Shown in pieces: positions 9,210-19,295 of a DNA stretch of 64,000 bases (position 1 is its first letter; each line of letters opens with the position of its first letter). The stretch covers positions 288,001 to 352,000 of the forward strand of contig CAVXTP010000022.1 in NCBI GenBank assembly GCA_963764715.1, in the 5' to 3' direction. Made by a program: the position numbers and the translations under genes. Source of the DNA: an uncultured Acidobacteriota bacterium (GTDB lineage: Bacteria > Acidobacteriota > Thermoanaerobaculia > UBA5066 > Gp7-AA6). The notes beneath the pieces are model-generated. The model was given only the letters and a program-made list of their open reading frames with translations. It ran no database searches and was not told the origin of the DNA.

Positions 9210-10328
9210 CCGAACGCGACGATCTCGTCTCCGCTCTCGGGGCCGCCTCGGAGCGCCTGCTGGCGCTTCGCGGCTATCTTTGATCAGGACGCCGCGCGGA
9301 GCGCGCTCGACGCCCTGAGGGAGAAGGCCGCCGCGCCCGACTTCTGGTCGCGGCCGGAGGAGGCCCAGGAGAACCAGCGTCAGACCCGGGGGCTCGAAAA
9401 GAAGATCGAGAGCGTGAAGCGTCTCGACGATCTTCGGAGCGAGCTCGAGGCCTTCGCCGAGCTCCTCGGCGAAGGCGAGCCGGCCGACAAGGAGGCCCGG
9501 GAATCGCTCGCGGCGGCGACGTCGTTCGCCGACGAGCTCGAGCTCGCGGTCAAGATGGGCGCGCCCGAGGACGCGAAGAACGCGTGGATGTCGATCCACG
9601 CCGGCGCCGGCGGGACGGAGTCCCAGGACTGGGCCGAGATGCTCCTCCGGATGTACATGCGCTTCGCCGAGTCGCGCGGCTGGAAGGCCGAGCTCATCGA
9701 CCGGCAGGACGGCGAGGAGGCGGGCATCAAGAGCGCCACGCTCCACATCGTCGGCGACCACGCCTACGGGTACCTCCGGGGCGAGATGGGCGTCCACCGC
9801 CTCGTCCGGATCTCGCCCTTCGACGCGGCGCAGCGCCGGCACACCTCGTTCGCGTCCGTCTACATGGCCCCCGAGATCGACGACGACATCGAGATCGAGG
9901 TCGCCGACAAGGACATCCGCGTGGACACCTATCGCTCGAGCGGCGCCGGCGGACAGCACGTCAACGTCACGGACTCGGCCGTGCGCATCACCCACCTGCC
10001 GACGGGGATCGTCGTGACCTGCCAGAACGAGCGCAGCCAGGGCCGCAACCGCGAGATGGCGATGCGGGTCCTCAAGGCCCGCCTCTACCAGAAGGCCCTC
10101 GACGAGCGCCGCGCCGACGAGGAGAAGCGCGCCGGAGAAAAGAAGGCGATCGAGTGGGGAAGCCAGATCCGTTCGTACGTCCTCCACCCCTACCGCATGG
10201 TCAAGGACCACCGCACGGGCTTCGAGAGCGGCGACACGGACCGCGTGCTCGACGGGGGCCTGACGCCCTTCGTGGAGGCCTACCTGAAGTCGGCGGCGGA
10301 CGGCAGCCGCGCCCGTGCCTCCTCCTGA
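9206..10328 (+). CDS. prfB: Peptide chain release factor 2, expressed via programmed +1 frameshift at CTT TGA (9278-9283)
   Basis: 25-codon first frame MTERDD...RGYL-stop; the +1 frame continues DQD...PDFW...GGTESQDW, SPF, GGQ. Confidence 0.95.
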
Positions 10329-10911
10329 CCTGGGTCCGGGCGAGTCGCCGGGCGTTCCTCCCTGGATGGCCGAGGTCCGGGCGCGCCTGGCGGGACGCGA
10401 GCGCGTCGGCCTCGAGCCGTCCGAGGGCCAGCGCCGGGCGGGCGTGCTCGTGCCCCTCTACGTCCGCGACGGCTCGCTCTGGGTCCTTCTGACCAAGCGC
10501 ACCGAGAGCGTCGAGCGGCACCGCGGCCAGATCGCGTTCCCCGGCGGCGCCGAGGAGGAGGACGACGGGACCCTGTACCGGACGGCCCTGCGCGAGACCG
10601 AGGAAGAGGTCGGCGTCTCTCCGGCCGACGTGAGGTACCTCGGGGCCCTCTCGGCGCTCGCGACCGTCACCGACTACTACGTCGAGCCCTACGTCGCGGC
10701 GATCCCGCACCCCTACCCGTTCCGGCTGCAGGAAACCGAGATCGCCGGGCTCGTCGAGGTCCCGCTGCCGGCCGTGCTCGATCCGAAGGCGCTCGAGACG
10801 CGCCCGTTTCCGGGGCGCGAGGAGCCGGTCCTTTTCTACCACTACGGCGACCACGTGATCTGGGGCGCGACGGCGCGGATGCTGAAGGAGCTGCTCGACG
10901 CGCTGCGCTGA
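10315..10911 (+). CDS. Nudix hydrolase, CoA pyrophosphatase (NudL-like)
   Basis: LLTKR, HRGQIAFPGG, ALRETEEEVG, IWGATA. Confidence 0.88.
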   Translation: MPPPDLGPGESPGVPPWMAEVRARLAGRERVGLEPSEGQRRAGVLVPLYVRDGSLWVLLTKRTESVERHRGQIAFPGGAEEEDDGTLYRTALRETEEEVGVSPADVRYLGALSALATVTDYYVEPYVAAIPHPYPFRLQETEIAGLVEVPLPAVLDPKALETRPFPGREEPVLFYHYGDHVIWGATARMLKELLDALR

Positions 10912-10920
10912 CGGGACCGG

Positions 10921-11679
10921 TCAGTGCGGCCGGGCGGCGGCTCTCTGGGGAACGAGGGCGATGCAAGCCACGATGAAGGCGAGCAGGGCGGCCGTCGCCG
11001 AATAGCGGCTCAACGCGAGGCCCCCGGCCTCGGCCGGCTTGTCGAGGAAATCGCCGACGACCGCGCCGAGCGGCCGCGTGAGGATGAAGGCCGCCCAGAA
11101 GAGCGCCGTGTGCGAGGCGGAGGTCCACCGGTAGGCGGCGGCGACGAGGGCGAGGGCCGCCCCGAAGAGGACAGCGCTTCCGAGGTATCCGAGCCCGGCG
11201 GAGTCCGCCGTCCAGTCGCCGAGAGCCGTGCCGAGCGTCTGCGAGAACATGATCGTGAGCCAGTAGAAGATCTCGGCCTTCGGAGAGCGCACGGTGTCGA
11301 TCGCCACGGTGCCGAGGGACCGGTGCCAGAGGAAGAGGGTCCCCAGGAGGAGCGCCAGCAGCAGCGACGACCCGCCGGCATACCCGATTCCCAGGGAACG
11401 GTCGGTCCAGTCCGCGAGCGTCGTGCCGAGGGTCGTCGTGGCGACGATCGTCGTCCAGTAGAGCCAGGGGTTGAACCGCCGGGCGGAGATCTGCGCGGCG
11501 ACCGCGACGGCAAAGACGGCCGCGAAGATCGCCGTGCCGACGAGGTAGCCGAGGTCCATCGACATCGACACCGCATCGCCGCCGGTCTCGCCGAGCGTCG
11601 TGGCGGCGATCTTGACGAGCCAGAACGTGAGCGTGACCGCGGGAACCTTGCTCGGGCTCTCCGGACGGGTCGGCGTCAC
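10921..11679 (-). CDS. COG4705/DUF347 membrane protein
   Basis: SKVPAVTLTFWLVKIAATTLGETGGD, repeated TLGT-D and LTRPLGA motifs; GTG start overlaps the upstream stop. Confidence 0.8.
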   Translation of the reverse strand: MTPTRPESPSKVPAVTLTFWLVKIAATTLGETGGDAVSMSMDLGYLVGTAIFAAVFAVAVAAQISARRFNPWLYWTTIVATTTLGTTLADWTDRSLGIGYAGGSSLLLALLLGTLFLWHRSLGTVAIDTVRSPKAEIFYWLTIMFSQTLGTALGDWTADSAGLGYLGSAVLFGAALALVAAAYRWTSASHTALFWAAFILTRPLGAVVGDFLDKPAEAGGLALSRYSATAALLAFIVACIALVPQRAAARPH

Positions 11680-12572
11680 TTCGCCGGGAGTGAGGTGTGC
11701 GCGTATTCCTTTTCCCCGGCCTCGACCGCGATCGGCAGGCGGTTCTGCGGCGGGGGCAGGGGGCAGGTCGCGTAGTCGGTGAAGACGCAGGGCGGGTTGT
11801 ACGCCTTGTTGAAGTCGATCACGGTCCTTCCGTCGACGGGCGGGGCGACGTACAGGAACCGGCCGGCCCCGTAGGTCGACGTTCCGTTGGTGCGGTCCCC
11901 GAAGATCACAAAGTAGTCCGTCTCGCCGCGTTCGAGGACGGGGTCCAGCCGGTACGTCTTCCCGCGATGCTCGAAGACGATCGCGCCGGGGGATTTCTCG
12001 GCATTGTCCTGGCCGAGGACGTTCGGGACGGAAATCGAGCGCGGCGGGTCGTAGGGCTCGAACCGGGCCTCGATTCGCCAGGACGGGTCGATCGGGAAGT
12101 AGTCGAGGCCGTGGAAGCCGCGGCGGGCCTCGCTCTGGCCGTCCTTGACGCGCACGCCGACCTTGTCGCCGCGCCGGATGAGGTAGAAGAGGAGGCTCCC
12201 GCGGCGGAGCATGGTCGTCTCCTCGTCGGCGTCCGAGGCGAGGACGACGGGCCCGGTGACGGGGCCCCCGTTGGCCGTCAGGTCGGCGCCGGGGGCCGGG
12301 CGGAGCGTCGCGCGGCCCGCCGCGAGGTCGATCGAGCCGAGGCGGGCCGGCGACGCGGGCGCTGGAAGGCGGACCCGGCTGCCGGGCGCGCTGCCGACCG
12401 CATTCTCGCCCTCCTCCAGCCAGAAGAGCCCGACGACCGACAGCCATCCGTCCTCGGCGCGGAGCTTCGCGACCCGCCGGTCGCGCCACGCCTCGATGTC
12501 GGCGCGGTAGGCCGCGCTCGGAGGGTCGACCGTCGGGGCGAGCATCAGCAGGACGAGGGGGAGAATCCCCAC
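11676..12572 (-). CDS. DUF1684 domain protein, secreted
   Basis: GWLSVVGLFWL, FGDRTNG-TYGAGRFL, IDFNKAYNPPC-F-YATCPLPP-N-L. Confidence 0.85.
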   Translation of the reverse strand: MGILPLVLLMLAPTVDPPSAAYRADIEAWRDRRVAKLRAEDGWLSVVGLFWLEEGENAVGSAPGSRVRLPAPASPARLGSIDLAAGRATLRPAPGADLTANGGPVTGPVVLASDADEETTMLRRGSLLFYLIRRGDKVGVRVKDGQSEARRGFHGLDYFPIDPSWRIEARFEPYDPPRSISVPNVLGQDNAEKSPGAIVFEHRGKTYRLDPVLERGETDYFVIFGDRTNGTSTYGAGRFLYVAPPVDGRTVIDFNKAYNPPCVFTDYATCPLPPPQNRLPIAVEAGEKEYAHTSLPAK

Positions 12573-12573
12573 G

Positions 12574-14196
12574 CTAGGAGGCGGCCTTCTCCAGCGCCGC
12601 GAGCTCGTTGGAGCGGGCGAGATTCGTCTTCGCCGCCTCGAAGCTGCCGTCGAGGGAGATCGCCTTCTCGAAGGCCTCCGCGGCCCCGGCGTAGTTGCCC
12701 CGGGAGGCCCGCGCGACCCCGAGGTTGTTCCAGAGCGCCGGGGACTTCGTGTTGCTCTCGATCGCCTTCGCGAGGGCGTCCTCCGCTTCGGCGAGCTTTC
12801 CGGCGGAGGTGAGCACGGCGCCGAGCGACGCGGCGGCCTCCTCGTTGAGCGGCTCGAGGGTGAGGGCGGTGGCGTAGGCGGTGGCCGCGGCGTCGAGGTC
12901 GTTCTGCGCGGCGCGGACCTGCCCGAGCGCCGTCCAGACGCCGGCGTCGTTGGGGGCGAGGCGCGCGGCCTCGGCGAGCTCGCGCTCGGACTCCTTCCAC
13001 ATGCTCTTCTTGCGGTAGGCGCGCCCGAGGTTCTCGTGGTACACGGGGCGCGTTCCGTCGAGGCGGACGGCCTCGATGAGCTCCTCGATCGACCGGTCCA
13101 TCTCGTCGGACCGGAAGAGGAACACGCCGAAGTCGTTCCGGGCCGCGGCCGAGGCGGGATCGATCTCGATCGCGCGGCCGAACGCGATGCGCGCCGCGCT
13201 CTTGTCGCCGAGCTCGCCCATGGCCCGGCCGAGCCCGCGGGCCGCCGCGACGTCCTTCGGATCGAGGTCGAGGGCCCGGCGGTAGAGGCTCGCGGCGGTG
13301 TTCCATTTCTTCTGCTGCTCGGCGAGCGCGGCCAGGCCGAAGACGGCCCGGGCGTTGCCCGGCTCGAGCACGATGGCGGCGGTGAACTCGCGCTCGGCCT
13401 CGGCCGGCTGGCCCCCGAGGAGCGCGGCGTCGCCGAGGAGCCGGTGGGCCTCGGCGTTCTTGGGGTCGGCGTCGGAGGCGAGGCGGGCGAAGGAGGCGGC
13501 CGCCCGGTAGTCACCGGCGGAGAGCGCCTTCTCGGCGCTGTCGATCATGGGCGCGATGGCGGGGACGGGGCCGCCGGGCGCGGCGACGCCGGCGTCGAGG
13601 GGAGCGCCGATCGGCGCCGAGCTGACGAGCGCCTTCTCGAGGTCCGCGGCATGCTGCCGGGCCGCGTCGGCTTCCGTCGTGCGCCCGAGCTTGTCGTTGG
13701 CCTCGGCCTGGATGCGGGCGACCTCCGGGTCCTTGGAGCCCGCGGCGCGCTTGAGGTCGAAGAGCGCCTCCTCGGCCTTGCCGTCGGCGATCTTGGCGCG
13801 GGCGGAGCGCTTGAGCTCCTCGACGTCGATCGCGGGGACGTGTTGGCCCGAAAGCTCGGCGCGCACGGCCGCGGCGAGGTTGGCGAAGTCCGGACTGTAG
13901 AAGTCCGGGATGACCTGGAGGTCGGGGCGGGCCTGGAGCGCGGCCTTGAGCTGCTCGCGCGCGCTCTTCGAGTTGCCCGCGATGTAGTAGGCCCAGCCGC
14001 TCTGGAGCGCGAGCTCCGCCTTGCGCTCGTTGGAGAGCCCGGCCGCCTCCGCGGCGCGCGCGTATTTCTCGGCGGCCTCCTTGAAGCGGCCCGAGTCGAA
14101 CGCCTTCTTGGCGTCGGCTTCGAGCTTCGGATCCTGCGCGAGGGCGGCCCCGGACAGGAGGCCGAGGGCGAGAGCGAGGGCGGCCAATCGTCGCAT
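12574..14196 (-). CDS. Secreted tetratricopeptide repeat protein
   Basis: Signal peptide MRRLAALALALG; many TPR units (e.g. ALWNNLGVA...AFEKAISLD). Confidence 0.85.
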   Translation of the reverse strand: MRRLAALALALGLLSGAALAQDPKLEADAKKAFDSGRFKEAAEKYARAAEAAGLSNERKAELALQSGWAYYIAGNSKSAREQLKAALQARPDLQVIPDFYSPDFANLAAAVRAELSGQHVPAIDVEELKRSARAKIADGKAEEALFDLKRAAGSKDPEVARIQAEANDKLGRTTEADAARQHAADLEKALVSSAPIGAPLDAGVAAPGGPVPAIAPMIDSAEKALSAGDYRAAASFARLASDADPKNAEAHRLLGDAALLGGQPAEAEREFTAAIVLEPGNARAVFGLAALAEQQKKWNTAASLYRRALDLDPKDVAAARGLGRAMGELGDKSAARIAFGRAIEIDPASAAARNDFGVFLFRSDEMDRSIEELIEAVRLDGTRPVYHENLGRAYRKKSMWKESERELAEAARLAPNDAGVWTALGQVRAAQNDLDAAATAYATALTLEPLNEEAAASLGAVLTSAGKLAEAEDALAKAIESNTKSPALWNNLGVARASRGNYAGAAEAFEKAISLDGSFEAAKTNLARSNELAALEKAAS

Positions 14197-16037
14197 CAAT
14201 TGCCTCCGGGGGCCGCCGGCGAGGGCGGCGCCGCGTTCCACGTCTTCGGCGAGCCTTCCGGAACGTCGATCTTCTCGGTCAGGGGGTTGGCGCCCTCGCG
14301 CGACAGCGTGACGCTGTAGGAGCCCGGCGGCAGCTTGAGGCGCGCCGCGTCGGGCAGCGTGCCGCGGAACTTGCCGTCGACGAGCACGCGCGCCCCGGCC
14401 CAGCCCGGCGCCTGGATCACGAGCATCGAGATCGGGAACTGGTAGTGCACGCGGTTCTCGGACTTCGGGCCGACGTGGAACTTCTTCTCGTAGGGCGGGA
14501 AGTCCCTGGCCACCAGGCGGACCGTGTGCTCGCCCTCGTCGAGCGTGAGCGTCCGGGCCGGAATGGACGGACCGATCGTCTTCCCGTCGACCGAGAGCGT
14601 CGCGACCGGGATCGAGGAGAACTGGACCTTGAACTGCTGCGGTGCGGCCGGCTTCGCCGTCGGCTGCGCTTCCGGGGCCGCGGTCGCCGCCGGTGCGGCG
14701 GCCGCGGGAGGCGGGACCGGGGCCGGGACGGCGGGCGCCTCGCCGGCGCCGAGCTTCGGCTCCGGGAAATCGAGGGCCGGCGTCGGCGCGGCGGGGGCCG
14801 GCGTGGGGGCCGCGGGCGCCGGGGCGGGCGCGACGCCCGGCCGGGTCACGACGTAGGCGACGGCGACGGCGACGATGATCGCGAACACCGTGCCGCCGAT
14901 CACCATGCGCGTTGTTCCGACGCCCGGCGCGGGCGCGATGGCCGCGTCGATCGCGCGCCGCGAGGTCTCGTCGACGAGCGACTCGGCGGAGGGGTCGCGG
15001 AAGTTGACGAGCTCGAGGTTCGGCCGGGCGCCCGACATCGCCCCGGAGATGGGCGTCCGGTCGGACGGCGACGGCGCCCGCGCGAGGGCGCCGGACGGGG
15101 GAGTGATGTTAACCCGGTTCGCGACGACGCCGCTCGACGGAGTCGCCAGCGTCGTGTCGAGATCTTCGTCCTTCCGGACGGTGCGGACCGTGTCGCCCTG
15201 GACGGCGGGGTACATCCCGGAGCCGCCGACGAGCTCGCGGTGGATGGCGTGGAGGTCTTTCCGGAACGCCTCCATCGTCGGGTACCGCTCCGCCGGGACC
15301 TTGTCCATCGCGCGGCTGACGGCCGCGATCAGGGAGGGCGGCGCGTCCTGCACCAGCGCGTCGATCGGCTCGGGCGTTTCGTTGAGGATCTTGTAGAGCA
15401 CCGTCGAGAGGTGCTCGCCCCGGAACGGCTTGCGGTAGGTCAGCAGCTCGTAGGCGAGGACGCCGAGCGCGAAGATGTCGGTGCGGCCGTCGATCGGCTC
15501 GCCGCGGATCTGCTCGGGGGCGAGGTACGCGGAGGTGCCGAGGGTGATCCCCGTCTGCGTCAGGTTCGACTCGGTCTGCAGCGACTTGGCGATCCCGAAG
15601 TCCATGACCTTGACCGTGCCGTCGTCGAGGACCCGCACGTTGGCGGGTTTGACGTCCCGGTGGACGATCGAGGCGCCGTGGGCGTACCCCAGGCCGTCGG
15701 CGATCGCCATCAGGATCTCGACCTTGCGCGACATGGGGATCGGATCGCCGCGTTTGATCTTCTTGTCGAGGTCCTCGCCGGTCAGGAACTCCTGGACGAT
15801 GTAGGGGATCCCGTTCTCGACGCCGAAGTCGTAGATCGTCGTGATGTGGCGGTGGTGGAGGTTGCCGGCGAGCTCCGCCTCGCGAAAGAACCGGTGCTTG
15901 ATCTCGTCGTCGTTGACCTGGCAGGTCTTGATCGCGACGGTGCGCTTGATGAACGGATCCCGGCCCCGGTAGACGGCGCCGAAGCCGCCGACGCCGATCT
16001 GCTCCGAGACCTCGTATTTTCCGATTTTGTCGAGCAT
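14196..16037 (-). CDS. Hanks-type Ser/Thr protein kinase with TM helix and C-terminal PEGA-like domains
   Basis: IGVGGFGAVY, VAIK, HRDVKPAN, DFGIAK, YLAPEQ; TM helix; Pro-rich linker; LSVDG and VLVDG repeats. Confidence 0.9.
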   Translation of the reverse strand: MLDKIGKYEVSEQIGVGGFGAVYRGRDPFIKRTVAIKTCQVNDDEIKHRFFREAELAGNLHHRHITTIYDFGVENGIPYIVQEFLTGEDLDKKIKRGDPIPMSRKVEILMAIADGLGYAHGASIVHRDVKPANVRVLDDGTVKVMDFGIAKSLQTESNLTQTGITLGTSAYLAPEQIRGEPIDGRTDIFALGVLAYELLTYRKPFRGEHLSTVLYKILNETPEPIDALVQDAPPSLIAAVSRAMDKVPAERYPTMEAFRKDLHAIHRELVGGSGMYPAVQGDTVRTVRKDEDLDTTLATPSSGVVANRVNITPPSGALARAPSPSDRTPISGAMSGARPNLELVNFRDPSAESLVDETSRRAIDAAIAPAPGVGTTRMVIGGTVFAIIVAVAVAYVVTRPGVAPAPAPAAPTPAPAAPTPALDFPEPKLGAGEAPAVPAPVPPPAAAAPAATAAPEAQPTAKPAAPQQFKVQFSSIPVATLSVDGKTIGPSIPARTLTLDEGEHTVRLVARDFPPYEKKFHVGPKSENRVHYQFPISMLVIQAPGWAGARVLVDGKFRGTLPDAARLKLPPGSYSVTLSREGANPLTEKIDVPEGSPKTWNAAPPSPAAPGGN

Positions 16038-16129
16038 CCGTCCGCCGCGAACCCCGTTAGTGTAAACGAACGCCGAGCGGGCGGAAACCATTCGCGCAAA
16101 AGGGGCTAGCGATGGGTAGACTGGGTCTC

Positions 16130-16666
16130 GTGCGGCGAGCCTGGTCGGCCATTCCCGCGATCGTCCTGGCGGCGGGCGCAGCCGCGTGCCGGAAGAACGA
16201 GCCCGGGCGACTCGATCCCGTTCAGGCGATCCGCAGCCGCGTCGAGCCGGCTTTCCGTGCGCCGGCGGACGGGCGCCTGACCCAGGCCCAGCTCGACAAG
16301 TACTTCAAGGTCCGACGCGCGGCCCGAGGCGCCACCTCCGACGCCGACGCGGCGCGGGGCGTCGGCGTCGATCCGGCCGAGTTCGACTGGATCCGGGGGC
16401 GGATCATCGAGGCCCTCGCGGTGCTCGACGCGCGGCGGGTCGCCGAAGGGGGCCTCGAGAGCTACGCGCGGGCGATCGCGTCGCTGCGGGCGGCCCGCGA
16501 GTCGGCCGCCGATTCGAAGACGGCGGCCCGCATCGACGCGGAGATCGCGGCGCTCGAGCGCGAGCGCGCGACGCTCCGCCGCCCCGACCTCGCGGCCCCG
16601 GCGGCCGTCGCGAACGCCGCGCGCGTCGAGGCGAGGCGAGCGGAGATCGAGGCGCTGGGTCCGTGA
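16130..16666 (+). CDS. Hypothetical lipoprotein
   Basis: Lipobox-like AAAC after a hydrophobic stretch; GTG 16130 preceded by TAGACT (ATG 16112 is an alternative start). Confidence 0.55.
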   Translation: MRRAWSAIPAIVLAAGAAACRKNEPGRLDPVQAIRSRVEPAFRAPADGRLTQAQLDKYFKVRRAARGATSDADAARGVGVDPAEFDWIRGRIIEALAVLDARRVAEGGLESYARAIASLRAARESAADSKTAARIDAEIAALERERATLRRPDLAAPAAVANAARVEARRAEIEALGP

Positions 16667-17709
16667 CGCCCGTCGAGCGTTACCTCGCCGTGGAGATCGA
16701 GGCGGGCTCGTTTCCCGGGGCTTGCGCGCTCGTGGGCTCGGGCGAGCGCGTGCTCGCGGAGGCGGCCGCGGGGCGGGCCGCGGTCGAGCCCGAGCCCGTC
16801 GCGGCGACTCCCGCCACGCTCTTCGATCTCGCGAGCCTGACGAAGCCGCTGTGCGCCGCGGCGCTCGCGGCGGCGGCGGGGCGCGCGCTCCCGCTCGACG
16901 CTCCGCCGGGACGGTTCCTCCCGGAGTGGAAGTCCCTGCGGTTCGACGGCATCACGATCGAGCGGCTGCTCACCCACACGTCGGGGTTGGCGGCCTGGCT
17001 CCCGCTCTACGTCTTCGGCGAAGGTGCGGCCGCCTACCGCCGCACGCTCGCCGGCATCGAGCCAGAGGCCGCTCCCGGGGAGCGGGTCATCTACAGCGAC
17101 CTGAACATCCTGCTGCTGACCGAGATCCTCGAGAGGATCTTTGCCGCCCCGATCGACCGGGCCTTCGAGGATCTCGTCGCCCGGCCGGCGGCGTCGGCCG
17201 CCGTCTTCCGCCCTTCGGACCCGGCCGCAACCGCCGCGACGGAACGCGCCGACCAATTCGAGCGGGCGATGGTCGCGTCCCGCGGCCTCGCGTACCCGCG
17301 ATTCCGGGAGGGCGTCGTGCGGGGCGAGGTCCACGACGGCAACGCGTTTCGCCGGGGCGGCGTCTCGGGACACGCCGGGCTCTTCGCGACGGCGCGGGAC
17401 GTCTGGGCGCTCGCCCGTCCGTGGCTCGACCCGGCGCGGCGGGAGCTCACGCGCGACCGGACCCCCGAGCTCGCCGAGGCGAGGGGCCTCGGCTGGCAGG
17501 GGCGGCGGGGAGCGGGCTCGGCGATCCCCGCGATGTCGGAGCAGAGCTTCGGCCACACCGGCTTCACCGGGACGTCGGTCTGGATCGATCCCGAGCGGGA
17601 CCTCGTCGCGGTCCTGCTGACGAACCGGATCCACCCGGAGGTCCGGGAGATCCCGTTCAACGAGGTCCGGCAGCGCTTTCACGAAGCCGTCTGGGAGGCG
17701 TTCGCCTGA
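16663..17709 (+). CDS. Serine hydrolase, beta-lactamase class C/AmpC-like family
   Basis: FDLASLTK (SxxK), LLTHTSGL, YSD, GEVHDGNA, GHAGLF, FGHTGFTGTS. Confidence 0.88.
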   Translation: MTPVERYLAVEIEAGSFPGACALVGSGERVLAEAAAGRAAVEPEPVAATPATLFDLASLTKPLCAAALAAAAGRALPLDAPPGRFLPEWKSLRFDGITIERLLTHTSGLAAWLPLYVFGEGAAAYRRTLAGIEPEAAPGERVIYSDLNILLLTEILERIFAAPIDRAFEDLVARPAASAAVFRPSDPAATAATERADQFERAMVASRGLAYPRFREGVVRGEVHDGNAFRRGGVSGHAGLFATARDVWALARPWLDPARRELTRDRTPELAEARGLGWQGRRGAGSAIPAMSEQSFGHTGFTGTSVWIDPERDLVAVLLTNRIHPEVREIPFNEVRQRFHEAVWEAFA

Positions 17710-17750
17710 GGCCGGGGCCCCGCCGGCGCTGAGGTAAACTCGCCGGCTCT

Positions 17751-18935
17751 ATGGCGCAATCCAACGGCGTTTTCATCCTCGACGGGGCGCGGACCGCGAT
17801 GGCGGAGTACAACGGCGCTTTCGCCGACGTCACGGCGATCGACCTCGGCGTCCACGCCGCCCGGGAGGCCCTGCGCCGCAGCGGCGTCGAGCCCGGGCAG
17901 ATCGACCACGCGATCTTCGGCAACGCCCTGCAGACCTCGGGCGACGCGATCTACGGCGCCCGGCACGTGGCGCTCAAGGCGGGCGTGCCGAAGGAGGTCC
18001 CGGCGCTGACCGTCAACCGCCTGTGCGGGTCCGGCTTCGAATCGATCGTGCAGGGGGCGCACCGCATTCTCCTCGGGGAGGCGAAGACGGTGCTCGCGGG
18101 CGGGATGGAGAACATGTCCCAGGCGCCGCACGTCATCCGGGGCGCCCGCAAGGGCTTTCGGCTCGGCCAGGGGCAGCTCGAGGACTCGCTGATGGTCGCC
18201 CTGCTCGACTCCTACTGCGGCCTCTACATGGCCCAGACGTCCGACCGCGTGGCCGGCAAGTACGGCATCACCCGGGCCGCGCAGGACGCCTATGCGCTTT
18301 CCTCGCAGCAGCGGGCGGCCGCGGCCTGGGACTCCGGGCGCCTCGCCGAGGAGGTCGTCCCCGTCGAGGTCAAGGCCGGGCGCAAGACCGTCCGCGTCGA
18401 GCGGGACGATCACCTGCGTCCGGACTCGACGCTCGAGGGCCTCGCCGGATTGCCCCCGTCGTTCGGGAAGGACGGGTCGGTGACCGCGGGGAACGCCTCG
18501 GGCATCGTGGACGGCGCCGCGGCGGTGGTCGTCGCCTCGGAGGATGCGGCGCGCGGCCGGAAGCCGCTCGGCCGCCTCGTGTCCTGGGCGGTCGTCGGCG
18601 TGGAGCCGGAGCTGATGGGTCTCGGTCCGGCGCCGGCGGCGCGCGCGGCGATCCAGAGAGCGGGGCTGTCCCAGAACGACATCGGCCTCTGGGAGATCAA
18701 CGAGGCCTTCGCCGGCCAGATCCTCGGCGTGGTCAAGGAGCTCGGGCTCGACCTCGAGAAGTTGAACGTCAACGGCGGAGCGATCGCGCTCGGCCATCCC
18801 CTGGCCGCGACGGGCACGCGCTGCACGCTGACCCTGCTGAAGGAGATGCGGCGCCGCGGCGTGCGTTACGGGCTGGCCGGCGCCTGCATCGGCGGCGGGC
18901 AGGGCATCGCCGTCGTCGTGGAGTCGGCCGCGTAG
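17751..18935 (+). CDS. Acetyl-CoA C-acyltransferase (thiolase)
   Basis: NRLCGSG, GGMENMS, EINEAFA, GGAIALGHPLAATG, CIGGGQG. Confidence 0.93.
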   Translation: MAQSNGVFILDGARTAMAEYNGAFADVTAIDLGVHAAREALRRSGVEPGQIDHAIFGNALQTSGDAIYGARHVALKAGVPKEVPALTVNRLCGSGFESIVQGAHRILLGEAKTVLAGGMENMSQAPHVIRGARKGFRLGQGQLEDSLMVALLDSYCGLYMAQTSDRVAGKYGITRAAQDAYALSSQQRAAAAWDSGRLAEEVVPVEVKAGRKTVRVERDDHLRPDSTLEGLAGLPPSFGKDGSVTAGNASGIVDGAAAVVVASEDAARGRKPLGRLVSWAVVGVEPELMGLGPAPAARAAIQRAGLSQNDIGLWEINEAFAGQILGVVKELGLDLEKLNVNGGAIALGHPLAATGTRCTLTLLKEMRRRGVRYGLAGACIGGGQGIAVVVESAA

Positions 18936-18956
18936 TCGGCGAGCGGGGATCGGGCG

Positions 18957-19295
18957 ATGAACTGGACCGAGCGGATCCTCGAGTTCCCGGTGCGGGCGGC
19001 GGCGGTCGACGACTTCCTGCGGGACCTGCGGGCCCGGGGAGCCGGGGACCTGAACGCCGTCCTGACGACGTTGAACGAGGGCGGCCTGTGCCGGGAAGTC
19101 GTGCGCCGCTGGACCGAGAGCGGCTGGATTGTCGTCGCGCCGAACACGCCGCTGCTGGCCCTGACCGGCCCGGCCTTCGAGCCGGAGCTGACGCTCTCGG
19201 ACTTCTGCAGCGACATCGAGATCCTGGAGACGCCGGCCCTCGCGGGCCCGGAGGCGTCGACGGGGGAGGGGACGGAGGACCATGGCGATTCGTAA
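18957..19295 (+). CDS. Hypothetical protein
   Basis: 112-aa ORF with gene-like codon use filling the thiolase-hbd gap. Confidence 0.55.
   Translation: MNWTERILEFPVRAAAVDDFLRDLRARGAGDLNAVLTTLNEGGLCREVVRRWTESGWIVVAPNTPLLALTGPAFEPELTLSDFCSDIEILETPALAGPEASTGEGTEDHGDS

Noticed and set aside
14640-14850. GC-rich quasi-repeats in the kinase gene
   Set aside because: Encode a Pro/Ala linker; not a CRISPR or regular tandem array
16663-17709. Antibiotic-resistance beta-lactamase
   Set aside because: No signal peptide; GEVHDxNA subfamily of general esterases and peptidoglycan-recycling hydrolases
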